NCBI GenBank assembly: GCA_050273025.1
Contig: CP158635.1
Location: forward strand, 28,582,001-28,646,000
DNA from: Cenococcum geophilum
Taxonomy: Eukaryota
DNA length: 64,000 bases
Direction: 5' to 3'
Below are positions 1 to 12,286 of the stretch, in pieces (within the stretch, counting starts at the first letter, position 1; each line of letters opens with the position of its first letter). The position numbers were made by a program, and so were the translations under genes. The notes beneath the pieces are model-generated. The model did no database searches and had not been told where the DNA came from. It saw only the letters and a list, made by a program, of their open reading frames with translations.

Positions 1-1026
1 AGTGCATTTCAGAAATTAAAACAAATCCAACGACATCATGAGGTTATTATCATCCGCAACAGAAGGAAGGAAGAGCTTAAACTGTATGGCTCTCCTGAAA
101 AGTGCCCTGGCGCGGAGTCGGCGATTGCTGACATGATCAATGCTGAATCTTCTACGGTCCATATTATCAAACTGAAGCCCGAAGACTTCCAATGGGCATG
201 CAGTGGCGGGTTTAAGATGATTGCTACTACCCTTGGAAGGAATATTACTACTTTTGATATCGTCTCAACACCGAAGAGAATCTTGATTGGCGGATCTAAG
301 AAAGAGTATGAGACTGCACTAAGAATTGTTAGAAAGCGGGAATTGAAATTGCAGGTTGAGACTGCCGCCGCGAAGGAGGATTGCGCTGTGTGCTTGACTG
401 AGGCAGAAAATCCAGTTTTCACAAGGTGCAACCATGTGTATTGCATTGAGTGTTTTGAAAGCCTCTGCACTGCTGCCGGCTCGGGGGAGAAAGATTTCTC
501 CATCAGTTGTTACGGAGACATGGGGAAATGCCAAGTAGTCTTTGGCCTTGAAGAACTACACGAAATACTCTCATCCAGGGCATTTGAAGACATCCTGGAG
601 GCGTCCTTCGCCTCCCATATCCAACGCCATCCCCAGACATTCTGCTATTGCCCAAAGCCAGACTGCGGCATGATCTATCGCGCAACTAGCACGATGAAAT
701 TCAGCACGTGCGCGAAATGCCTCACGGTGACATGCACATCTTGCCACAATCCACACGAGGGCAAGACGTGCGCGGAGTACAAGGACGAAGCCTCGGGTGA
801 TTACGAAGCACGGGAAAAGGTGAAGAAGGAGCTTGGTATTAAGGATTGCTCTAAGTGCAAGACGCCAATAGAAAAGATTGGGGGCTGTAACCATATAATG
901 TGCAGCGGCTGTAGAGCGCATCTTTGCTGGGTTTGCTTAAAGGCATTTTCAGAAAGTGGACCGTGCTATGACCATATGAGAGCAGAACATGGAGGAATAG
1001 GGCTGGAGCATTTGAATTACATTTGA
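1..1026 (+). CDS. RBR (RING1-IBR-RING2, Ariadne-like) E3 ubiquitin ligase, 5'-truncated by the window edge; C-terminus resembles the RBR tail of DEAH11/12-like proteins
   Basis: Frame +1 is open from base 1 to TGA at 1024-1026. RING1 CAVC..CNHVYCIEC..C; IBR CPKPDC..CAKC..CTSC..H..C; RING2 CSKC..IEKIGGCNHIMC..C..HLCWVC, with the catalytic GGCNH motif. Normal GC, no RIP signature. Confidence 0.92.
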   Translation, partial: SAFQKLKQIQRHHEVIIIRNRRKEELKLYGSPEKCPGAESAIADMINAESSTVHIIKLKPEDFQWACSGGFKMIATTLGRNITTFDIVSTPKRILIGGSKKEYETALRIVRKRELKLQVETAAAKEDCAVCLTEAENPVFTRCNHVYCIECFESLCTAAGSGEKDFSISCYGDMGKCQVVFGLEELHEILSSRAFEDILEASFASHIQRHPQTFCYCPKPDCGMIYRATSTMKFSTCAKCLTVTCTSCHNPHEGKTCAEYKDEASGDYEAREKVKKELGIKDCSKCKTPIEKIGGCNHIMCSGCRAHLCWVCLKAFSESGPCYDHMRAEHGGIGLEHLNYI

Positions 1027-4000
1027 TTTGGTGTGGAGGTAAGATGCAACCAGTTAGGCTGGAAGTAAGGATATCTCCTGGAAGGAGCAGACTGGAGTTG
1101 GAGGATGCGCTTGAACAACGAAAACGTAGATGCAACTGCAACGGGGATTGATACATCTACCCATAGCTGTGTTACGATCTCCTATAGTGGTATTCGTAGG
1201 CAACCGTGCGAGCAATAGTGGACTTCCCAGTGCCAGGCCAGCTGCTTGGCCAAAAGATGAATGCCTTGCCGTTATCACCGTCAGCCCATATTTTGATCGG
1301 CTAGAGAATGTCAACTTGGGTATTGTGACCTTTACCCGAAACCACACGTGCGGTCAAGGCCATTTGTACGATCTAACCATTCGTGGATGGACGGTTTATG
1401 CAAATGAACGATCAGCCGTTCGTGTGATCAAGCCATTCGTGCGATCAAGCCACAATTACGGCTTTAAAAAATATGGTCCATTTCCGACAGCGCCTGAGAA
1501 GGATCTAGATTGCATATGCTTCCTTGCTGCCTAGGGATCCACTGGGCGCCGTTACATCTCGGGGGTTCTCTTTTATGCGGTCTACGCGGCTGAGATCATC
1601 GATTGAAGATGTTCACGATGCTTATCAGCAGCTCTTTGTTACGGACCTTATGAACGAAGTGTCACGGCTACTCAGAGCGGAACTGGAGGAGCTAGTGGAG
1701 TTGGCACGGGCCACGATAGACCTGGTGGAACCATGAGCTGCACGTGACCCTAACAGCCCCTTAGTTCCGAGTTAGTGTACAGGATATAGAATAAAAGATG
1801 GTAGCAAGCTTAAATTCTAGTTAGTTTGTAGTGTTAAGGGAAGAAGTATAACTAGCATTATTTAACTACTCCTTTATATTCCAAAGATAGCGTTAATTAA
1901 ATCTCGAAGGCCATTTATTAAATGCCATACAAATTTATCTTACCCTCTTCTTCTCCGTTAATATTAAGACTTAAATATTCGTTAGTTAACCTATATTAAC
2001 TTAGTATTAATAGGGTTATTAAGTTATTTACTTTCGAATATCTAAAGCTAGTGTAGTAAACGCCGAACTTATTACTAAATAAGTTGTGTACGAAGTATTA
2101 GATACGACTAAAGAGGTTAAAGTAGTTAGATTTATCAAAGCTGTTAAAGTTATTAAAACCGTAACTAGTGTAGTTTGCGTTAGGCCTTTTTACTATAATA
2201 AAGGATAACACAGTTATCGTAAGGGATATCGAGAAAATCACTACGGCCTCAGCAGCCGCGTCTATAATTTAGACATAGGAATATAGTAAAATTATTCGTT
2301 ACGACATAAGGATTACTCTAGAGATTTTAAAGTTATATGCCCTATATCGTGTTAAGGAGATTTTACTATAGACGGTAATAAGTCATAAGTTTAAGAGACA
2401 ACTAAGACATCGTATGTAACCACGATCTAGGTCGACAGACAGTAGTACGATGTAATGATCTACTTGGACTGGAGCTATCTTGGAGCGCCATATGGATCGC
2501 CTAAACTTCTGGAGCTGGATCGCTTAATTTTATTAGTGGACTAGACTAGATCTGAGCTTATAGAGGCTCCTGGCGCTCCAGTTCCATTCCTTATTTAGAC
2601 GTAAGGCTAATAAGGACAAGACGCTAAGGAGTCAGTGCAGGTAGTAGCGGCCAATTAGTGACTTTTGTAGTATTACACCGTCTCAAAAGACGGTTAATTG
2701 CCCGTAGAAATAAGGAGTTACCCTCCTATCGCTCCTACTGCGCATACTACTTATCAATTTGGTGTTTTATTTCCACTATAGCCGCTAAATAAACTCGCCC
2801 ACTAGCGACTTAATCTAGTATTGCGCGCTTCTTGCCCAATTACTTAGCTACACCCCCATCTAACGACGTTATTCTTGCCCTAGAATATATTAACTCTATA
2901 GCCAAAGGCCGCCTAAAGGTAGAGGAGTTTAAATATAGCGGTAGGCAGTATATCCGGTGCAAGTCCCTTACGCTTAGCGTTAAAAACACTAAGCCTTATA
3001 TATCACCAATATGGAAATAGGGGGAGGACGTTTAGCTTAAGGGCGAGGTCAGTGCTCTTATCAATATTCAATATTAGGAAAAGGCCGTATTGATATTGAT
3101 ATTGAATATTAGTTCAATACTGAAAAATATTAAAAAGATATTGAATATTGAATATAGTACATAGTGTTTTATTTTAAAGTAGGCTCGTACGCCCCTGGCC
3201 TCTAGTACAGCTTCAAAATAGCTACTCTCTCGACTGCTCTCCTACCACTATCGTCACCTTCGTGATCCTTAGCGTGGTGTAGTAGATATTAGCTACTCTC
3301 TAGATTCTGCCAAGGCCTCCGAAGCCTCTTATACTACATTCGTCGCCATAAGCCTTCCTCCGGCAGTAATATTACTTAGTAGCCAGCTCTTTAAGCACTC
3401 CGTACGTTTAATATTAGTACTCCCTAGTGATATGCGGTCCCATAAGATTGTTCGCCGTGTACCTAAAAAGACTCGCTCGGCCTCTGCTGATATTGACGGT
3501 ATAGACAATATATCAATTGCCATTTAAGAGAGTCGTTAGTGATGCAACTAGACTGGATCTATATTTGGACTGGTTAGGATATCCAATAAAAATTTCACGA
3601 TCCAGATTGCATTTTGGATTGGGTTAATTTGGATTGGATTTGAAGCCTATATTGGAACCAGATATCCAATAGATCTAGATATATATGTAGTGGTAAGGAT
3701 TTGGGTAGGGGCGAACCTTATATAAGAGAGCTAAGCCTCGTCTATTGGCTTAAAATCGCTATATAGTCTTTAAGCCGTGTATTAAAACTTAATCTATATT
3801 GTAACAACGCCCAATTTGATCCTTTCGAGGCTTTTTAGGTAGCCGACTTAATCTAATATAGTTAACGTGAGGAAGTTAATCCTTATTGCGTCGCCCTTAT
3901 TACTACCCTTATCGCATTGCCCTTCTTACTGCCCTTATCGCGTCGCCTCTATTACTACCCACATTATTGCCCTCATTTTTTAATCCTCTTGATCCTCTTA

Positions 4001-7000
4001 ATTATATAGAGAGCCTTGTTACTATTGCCAGCCGAATAATACGCGGAGGTGGTAGTAGCCATGTATTAAGCAGTTGTGCTATAGGCAAGGCTCCTGCTAT
4101 TCCTTAAAAGCGGGTTAGTAAGGCCTCTGGCGGTAAAAAAAGGAAGCGCCTAAAGATAATTGTAAATATAATTAAGCTAGAGCTAGAGCTAGAGCCAGAG
4201 CTAAAGTCTCTTACCTATCACGAATCTGAATCTAAAGCCGAGCTAGAGCCTTTACTATCGCCTCTAGCGGTTAAACTAAAATAAATTAAGCTCTCTGGGT
4301 AATAGTACCATAAAGTTAATAATATTACCGGCTAAAGGCGGGGTAAGAAGAAGTCCTTATATATATGGGGTGATGGAAAAGGCTTTATAATTGTGGATAA
4401 GACAACAGGAGTTAGATACTACTACTGCTGTTAGTGTTTAGATAAGAAGAAAGATACTACATATAAGCCGCTTAGTAAGTAACTCCGCTATTTATACTAT
4501 GTATTCACTAATTAGTAATTAGGACTTAATAGCAACTCTTCTATTTTAAGTTACTAGAAAAGGACTTATAAAATTAACTAGAGAGGCAATCTAATTAAGC
4601 CAAAAGGAATAATTAATTAGTATGTCGGCTAGTAAGATTATATCTAGAATATCTAGTTTGATCGCTTTAAGATCCTACTAATTCGTTGGCTTATATACTG
4701 CTATATAGCGTTCTACCAGATTAAAAATATCTACTTCCTAGAAATGGCTTAGTATATATATAAAGGCTTAGTAAAGTTAATTCCGTCACGTACTATAATT
4801 CGCAACTAGGTAATTAATAAGTTTAGAAAGCAGAAGTATTAATTGCGAGATAACTTACAAGAAGCTGTAACGGAATTCCCCAGAAGGTACATATTAGATA
4901 AGACAGAAGGAGGTCTTATCTATGTTCTAGAAGGAGGTCTTATTTATATTCCATCTACGTCCTAGAAGACACGGTTAGACAGATAAGGGGTAAAGGGTTT
5001 TACTAGCGTCTTAGAAAGATTATATAGGGAGCTGGTTCTCCTCTAGAGAAGAACTAGCGATTAGTCTCTAAATAAAAGTAGTTAGAAGCATTTGTCCTTT
5101 AATATATAAAACTTATTCTACCTTTAACTTACCTTTTACTTACTAGTAATACTGTTAATTAGATAATTATACGTTCCGGTTAAGCTGGCCTCTTATAATT
5201 CTAATCGCTTATAATCCGTTAGGAATATATGGCTATTAATTAATAATAACGAACTATACTTTTATACCCCACGAAGCAACGCCCTTACCGTAAGAGGCTT
5301 AAAGAGTCTCCCCAAAGGAGCGTATTCCCTCTTCCTACGAAGAAGCTATGGCTGGTCCGTCTAACCTTGTAAGACCCTTAGAAACAATTACCGCTAGGGA
5401 GTTATTAGAGCGGTCGCTATATAAGACCCTATAAAAAACAAAGGAGTTAGAGATACAATTAAGATAAGTATATTAAGACTACTAAGAATAATTGTAAGGA
5501 TAATTAGGGGAAGTATAGATACTCTAGACACGAAGCAGACTTAAAGGGGTAATGCTATACTATGCTATAACGTTAGAAAAACCTAAATTCTGCATAAAGG
5601 AACCTAATAAGTACTATAGTAATAGTCTTTAGAACTATAATCGTTTTATCCAATAATATAAAACTAAGTTTCGGCTAAATCCAAAACGTTACTCTAATAA
5701 GTATAATTAGACACTAATTGCTTCTATCTTCCTATATAGTACCGTTAAGAGTTTATAGATACGCTATAAGAAGAAACTTACTATACCCCTTAAATTCAGC
5801 GAACTTAGGACCTAGTTGGTTAATTAGGTCTAAGACCCTACTAATTAAGGGATAGACTATAACTAGCGATACTATAACGCTAAACAGCGGGATGGTTAGA
5901 CTGTGGTCTAGTTTATAAACTACTTAGAAGAACTAGAAGATAATATACCCTACTTAAATCTATAGGATAACGCTATATGACTTTACTAGCTACTCGCTAA
6001 GCTACGGCCTAAGATTTAACAGGCTATATAAGAGAAGGGCGAAATTCCTACCTCTTAAGAAAAGCTTATTTCTAAAGCTACTCGGATTAAGAGTACTAAA
6101 AGAGACTATCTAGGCAAGCGAAAGGAATAAGACGCTAATGATAAAGAGCGTAGGACTAGACTTAGCTTTAATAATAGGGGTAGATTCCAACCTAACCGCT
6201 TTACGGAAGGATAACGTAAGCAGGCCTTATAGCCCTAGAGTAACGCTAGTTAACCCTAAAATAATAATAGACAGAGACCTAATCCGTAGGAGGGGAACTG
6301 GGAGACACGTACCTATTATAACTGCGGTAAGAAGGGCTATATAAGCTGCTTCTGCCGGCAGAAAAAGCAAGAGTCGGCCTAATTAGGAAAAGAGATAGCC
6401 TAGTAGATCTTTACTCCTTTATACTAGGCTAGTAAAAGAAGGAGGAAGTAAACTGCCGTATAGTTATTTCTATCTCTATTTAAGTTAATAATAAATAGGT
6501 AACGTAAGACTGCCTTATAGATAGCGGCACGAGTATAGGGTTTATTTCTTAATTACTAGTGAAAGAATTAGATTTGGATCTTAGCGGCTTATAGGTGCGC
6601 ACTATTTAAAGCATTAGAGGCCACTAGATTCCATACTATAGGGAATAGGCTTTTTCCGTGGCTAGCTAGGACCGCGATAGTCTATAGGACACATAGGAGA
6701 TGCGCTTCTGTGCCGTAGAAATTAAGGGGTATGACCTTGTTTTAGGATACCTATGGCTTTACTAAGTTAATCCAGACATTAATTGGCCTTTAGCCTTATA
6801 TTAACATCGGAAGTCTTAACCGCGTATTATAGTTAAAGATTAGGAGACTTTCTTAAACTATATATAAGAAGAAGGGTGGGTATATGCTATATATGCCACT
6901 CTTAACACTAAGAACGGGGACATAGGATATTTATTTTTGGATATCCGGCTATACGCAGTTAAGGAACTAAAGATTCTATAGGAATATGCGGACTTAGAGG

Positions 7001-7529
7001 ATGTTTCTAGTAAAGAGGCTACATAAACCTTACCTAACCCTATGTTAGTTAAGTATAAGATAGATATAAGGGATAAATAACCTCCTTTTAGACCACTGTA
7101 TAACCTATTAGAAAATAAGCTGGTGGTACTGCGTTAATATATAGTGGACAATCTTTAGAGAGGATAGATTTGGCCCTCTATAAGCCCGGCAGGGGTACCG
7201 ATTATATTTATACCCAAAAAGGACGGGACCCTTTGCCTCTGTGTTAACTATTAGGCGCTAAATAAGATTACTATAAAGAATTGCTACCTGTTACCCTTAA
7301 TAGGGGAGCTTATTAATAGGCTATTGGGCGTAAAGATATTCACGAAATTAGATTTAAAAGATGCATACTATCGAATCCGGATTAAAGCCGGCGATAAGTG
7401 GAAAACGGCATTTTAAACATGGTACGGCTACTTCGAGTACCTAGTGATGCTATTTAGGCTCACCAACGCACCAGCGACATTTTAGGCCTATATTAATAAG
7501 GCATTGTCGGGCCTGTTAGACACAATATG

Positions 7530-7723
7530 TGTAACCGACCACCGGACCTTGCATATTACCCTGTTTCACCTGCGTCAGCACTACCCTCGTATGTCTCGGA
7601 TACGTCTGAAATGAGTTATGGGCTTCGGAGTTAGGGGTCTACTTTCATGTATTTATACCACTTGATTTCTATAGATTTACAATTAAGTCGCTTATTTAAT
7701 TCCTATACACTGCAAAGCTTACA
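7530..7723. mobile_element. Solo LTR (194 bp) interrupting the Gypsy-1 RT
   Basis: Ends TGTAAC...CTTACA. 5-bp TSD ATATG at 7525-7529 and 7724-7728. Removing it restores LDTICIVYL(D)(D)I. Confidence 0.88.
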
Positions 7724-10408
7724 ATATGTATAGTCTACCTTAATAACATTATAGTCTACTCTAATAACTACGAAGCACATACGCACTACGTATAAATGGT
7801 ACTAGAAAGACTGCGGGAATACGAGCTCTATATAAACCTAAAAAAGTACACGTTCTATACTACTAGCATTAATTTTTTAGGCTTTATTGTTAGCGTCAAC
7901 GGAGTATTAATAGAGAAAAGTCGGGTGGACGCTATTAGGGAATGGCCCTACCCTACGATATTTAGAGAAGTATAGGTTTTCTTAGGCACGGCGAACTTCT
8001 ACCAAACGTTTATTATTTACTACTTATGAGTAATGCTCCCAATTACTGATTTACTAAAAGGATCTAAGAATGGCAAGAAGTTAGGACCCTTTATATTTAG
8101 GGAAGCTGCTAAGTAGGCTATGGACTAGTTAAAGGATTTGTTTACGTCGGCGCCTATCCTAATATACTTTTGCTAGGAGCTATGTATATACCTTAAAACA
8201 GATATATCTGGCTTTACCCTAGGGGCAATTATATCTTAATTAAAAGACGGAAAATGGTATCCTATGGCGTTTTAGTTTAGGAAGATAACCCCTATAGAAT
8301 AGTATTATATAACGCACAACTAGGAGTTACTTGCAATAGTTATAGTAATAAAGCACTAGTAATATTATTGTATAGAAAGCAATTACCCCATTAAAGTCCT
8401 TATAGACTATAATAACCTAGAATATTTTATAACTATAAAGGTGTTAAGCGGTTGACAAGCTAGGTAGGTAGAGGCACTATTATAATACGATTTTAAGATT
8501 ATGTACCGCCTAGGAAAGATAAATCCTGCTAATAGGTTATTAAGACGTCCGGATTATAAGATAGGGAGAATCTAGGATAGTATAGGGGAAATAATCCCCA
8601 TATTACACAATTTGCTTAAGAAGAAAGAAGACTTTTTCCCTAAAACTATAGAATTTCGCGGTAGGGTAGAGGTCCTAGCGATATAGCTGCGAAGCGATAT
8701 AATTATAGAGCCGTAGGATATAGTTATAGACTAGGTTATAGACCAAGTAGACGTTATAAAGTTGGCGTACCCTAGAATTAGCGAAAATTCTGCGGGATAT
8801 GCTAGAGGTGTTATAGCACCTTTAACTTAACAGCGCATTAGCTGCGAGTTTTTGGATCTAAGGGGAATAGGCGAGATGCCTATCTATAGCGTGGCATACT
8901 ATATAATAGTAGGAGAATCTACTAGCACTAATGGTTTAAAACGTCTTATGCTATACCTTAAATCCGTAATAGCGGTAGGCGAAATAGAAGTAAGCGATCT
9001 ATATAAAACCTTTCTAGATCTTCTTCTTTAAGCTTAATAAAGGGACGCCTTCGCCTCTAGGAAAAGGTAGAAAGATATAGTAGAGACTAACTTGGCTAGA
9101 GTTACTAAGAAGCTATAGTAGTAAGACTAAAAGGGTTTATTACGCTTTAAGGGTGCTATATATATCCTAAAGGACCAAGTAATTTAAGATAAAATTCTAA
9201 AGGTCTTCTATAATAACCCTCTTAGGGGTTACTACGGTGCTAACAGAACCCTTAAGGCCGTTTAAAGAAAATACTTTTAGGACGGAATATCTAAAGAGGT
9301 TAAAGATTATATATTAAGGTATAATATGTGCTAAAGGATATAGATATCTAGGCATCGCCTATACGGCGAGTTATTAGTACTTCCTATTCTGCAGGGACCT
9401 ATATTAGAATTAATAATAGATTTTATTATAGGCTTACCCCCTACTAAGATAAAAACTGGAGAGGTTGCTAACGCTATCCTAGTAATCGTTAATAGGTATA
9501 TAAAGTTTTTAGGATACTTTACTATTATAATAATAATTACAGTAGCAGAACTGGCAGACCTGTTTTTAAAATAGTAGCTCTTATTTAGCACGCTAAGGGG
9601 AATTATGTCTAATAGAGGCACTATATTTAATAGTGCATTTTAGTCTTTATTCTGTCTTTTATTAAAAATACGGCGAAGAATAAGTACTACCTTCTACCCG
9701 CAAATAGATGGGTAAATAGAGCGTCTAAATACGTTGTTAAAACACTACCTCCGCTATTATATTAATTATTAATAGGATGATTAGACATTATAGTTGGCTC
9801 TAGCGTAGTATATATATAATATAAGCATCTATAGTAGTATAAAAATGACCCCTTATAAAGCATTATTTGGGGTAAAAGCAGATAACCCCTAGAACGTTAA
9901 GGATATTGTTCCTAAAAGAGAGGCACTAGCGGCGTCTAAAAGAATTAAGCAAATAAGAATTCGTAGAGAGGAACTTGAAAAGCACTTACTAGACGCCTAG
10001 GCTATATAAAAAAGGTATTATAATAAAAAACATATGCCGAAAGAATTTAAGATAGGAGACGAAGTCTTACTATTTATAAAAAATATCCAAATAAAACGCA
10101 TTAAGAAAAAGCTAGATTACTAGTAGCTCGGACCCTTTAAGATAGTTAAGAAAACTAAAGGAAACTAAGCCTATGAATTAGAATTACCGAAATCTTATCT
10201 AATATATCCTATATTTTATATTTCCTTACTAAAGCTATACCGGAGAAAAGATAGTGCGGAACTGCCCCTACCTAGCGAAATTAATAGGGAACTAGAATGG
10301 AATGTAGAAGACATTCTAGACTAAAGATGGCGCCAAAAAAAGCGCGAATTTTTAGTTCGTTGGGAAGGATACTCTTAGGCGTATAATAGTTGGGAACCTA
10401 AGGAGTAC

Positions 10409-10854
10409 TATAAGAGTATATATATTAGGTCCCGCCGCGCTTATAATAAGTTCGTAAGCACTCTTAGTCTTTTTAGCCGTATGGCGACGTAGAGGCGGGC
10501 TACGTTATAATTATACTTACGAACTTACTAGGGCCAGGTGTCGTGGGTTTAATCCCTATTAGTTACTTTACTTTAGTATAGTCTAACGCGCATCTATATA
10601 ATAAGGCGTTAGTAGAGATTCTAATTGCTTATATTACTGGGGACTAACTAATATAGTAATACTCTTGGCGTTTAATCCCTATAGAGGCCTAAACAGGTAT
10701 ATAGAGGAATCCCTATAAGCGCTCGGGGACAAGCGCGTAGAGGAGAGGGCAATTATAAGAGTATATATATTAGGTCCCGCCGCGCTTATAATAAGTTCGT
10801 AAGCACTCTTAGTCTTTTTAGCTGTATAGCGACGTAGAGGCGGGCTATATTATA
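10409..10854 (+). mobile_element. TRIM (terminal-repeat retrotransposon in miniature, 446 bp) in the Gypsy-1 chromodomain
   Basis: 101-bp direct repeats at 10409-10509 and 10754-10854; 244-bp non-coding interior; PPT agaggagagggcaat; TSD AGTAC at 10404-10408 and 10855-10859. Removing it restores WEPKEYLRPEY. Confidence 0.9.
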
Positions 10855-10949
10855 AGTACCTTCGGCCAGAATATAACACCGTAATTAAAACCTTCCTAAG
10901 AACCAAAGGTAAAGACTTAAAAATGGTTCCAGATATACCATAGGTAAAG

Positions 10950-12286
10950 TAATAGGGAAGACCCTATAAATTAAAACTATAGGATTAAGTATAGGCATTA
11001 AGAACGGAAATGTTTTACTATTATAATAGGGATCCTAGAATCCTATAAGAGGAAGCCTATAGGGATCTATAGGAGAACCACTAAGGATACTGTTTAAAGA
11101 AGACGCTGTATAAGAAGGAGTAGTAGCACTATAAGAAGTAGCCTTGGGGATTTAGAAAGATCCCCTAGGGATAAAAGGAGAGTATCCGGCCTAGCACCAG
11201 AGATACGTAGTAGAGTTAATAGTATAAAGAGGAGTAAAAGGACAGCCTATAAAGAATTAGAAATTTTAAGGAATTATAAGGCACCTATAGGAATACTACC
11301 CGTTTATTATATATGGGGATTATAATAGTACACTGCGTTTATATAGATTGTCACTAAAGCTTAGAATAAAGGTATCCCTAAAATATAAAGTTAATTCCTA
11401 ATAATAGGGCATCCTAGAGGCACCTAAGAGGCACTATATAAAGCTATTTTATAAGAAGAAGGAAAGAGCTAGGTAATAACTTAAACACTAGCAGTAGTAA
11501 TAGGAGCCTCCTCTTCTATCTTAACGTTATTATTAACGGTATTATTAGCTCCTCTATCCCTAGAAGCATTAGCACTTCCACTAATATTCTTTTTAGAACG
11601 ACGGGTACTGGAAGGACTAGTATAGGCGGGAGACTGGCAAGGAGAACGTTTATCTTAACGTTTATTGCTATCCTTAGTATCCCTAGGTTCCAAATCGGCG
11701 TCTAAGTAGGGATTAGAGAAATATTGGCTAAAGGAGTTAGCATAGTTCCTAAGTAAGTTACTAGAGAAACTCACCTAGCTAGAGTAGCCCGCGTAAGAGT
11801 ATAAATGTTATTATTAATAAGGACGAGCTGTTTGCATATACGCTCCTAAACACTATATATTTAAGAACGTTACGTCTTTATAATAGTGGAAACCCTTATA
11901 AAATTAAAGAGTCTACGAGTAAGGGAAGACACCTTCTATCCCTACCTATTACTATTAGGATATTAGCGAAAATCTTAGATGGTACGTTAGAGCCTATAAG
12001 TCTTATACGTATAGATAGCAGGGATCTAGTATAATTAGCGAAATTTAGAATAGGACAGAATGGGAAATTTTAGGATGTAGGTCTTTCTCCTACTACGACA
12101 ATAGGAGTACTTGGATTTGTTTTTACTAAAGTAAAGCATCTTATAAACGTAGGAAGGATCCTATATAAGAGCATAAACGCAGCGATGATAGCATTTTAGG
12201 GAAACTGCCGTAGGAGTAATAGACGCTATCTAGGGCGTCACTGGGAGATTAATAATACTGCCGCCGGTCTAGGGACCACGAGCTAT
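10950..12286 (-). pseudogene. RIPed antisense accessory gene of Gypsy-1 with a Cys6 zinc-cluster-like motif
   Basis: The minus strand reads (M)ARGP*TGG..SLKC-YHRC-VYALI*DPSYV-Y-KMLYFSKNKSK-YSYC-RSRRKT-Y-I; treating TAT/TAC as RIPed TGT/TGC gives Cx2Cx11Cx11Cx2Cx6C (12077-12193). Intron-like ATAAGT..ACTAAC..TAG at 12352-12301, and branch/acceptor GCTAAT..CTAG ending at 12026. 3' end approximate. Confidence 0.55.

Noticed and set aside
36..1347. Minus-strand ORFs overlapping the RBR gene and its 3' flank
   Set aside because: Shadow ORFs of a clear plus-strand gene; no motifs.
1130..1736. ORFs 1130-1534 and 1524-1736 as a possible frameshifted gene remnant
   Set aside because: Coding-like GC and a helical C-terminus, but no recognisable domain or splice model, so no call can be supported.
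10409..10854. CRISPR-like or satellite repeat
   Set aside because: Only two repeats, with a PPT and 5-bp TSD, which is LTR architecture.
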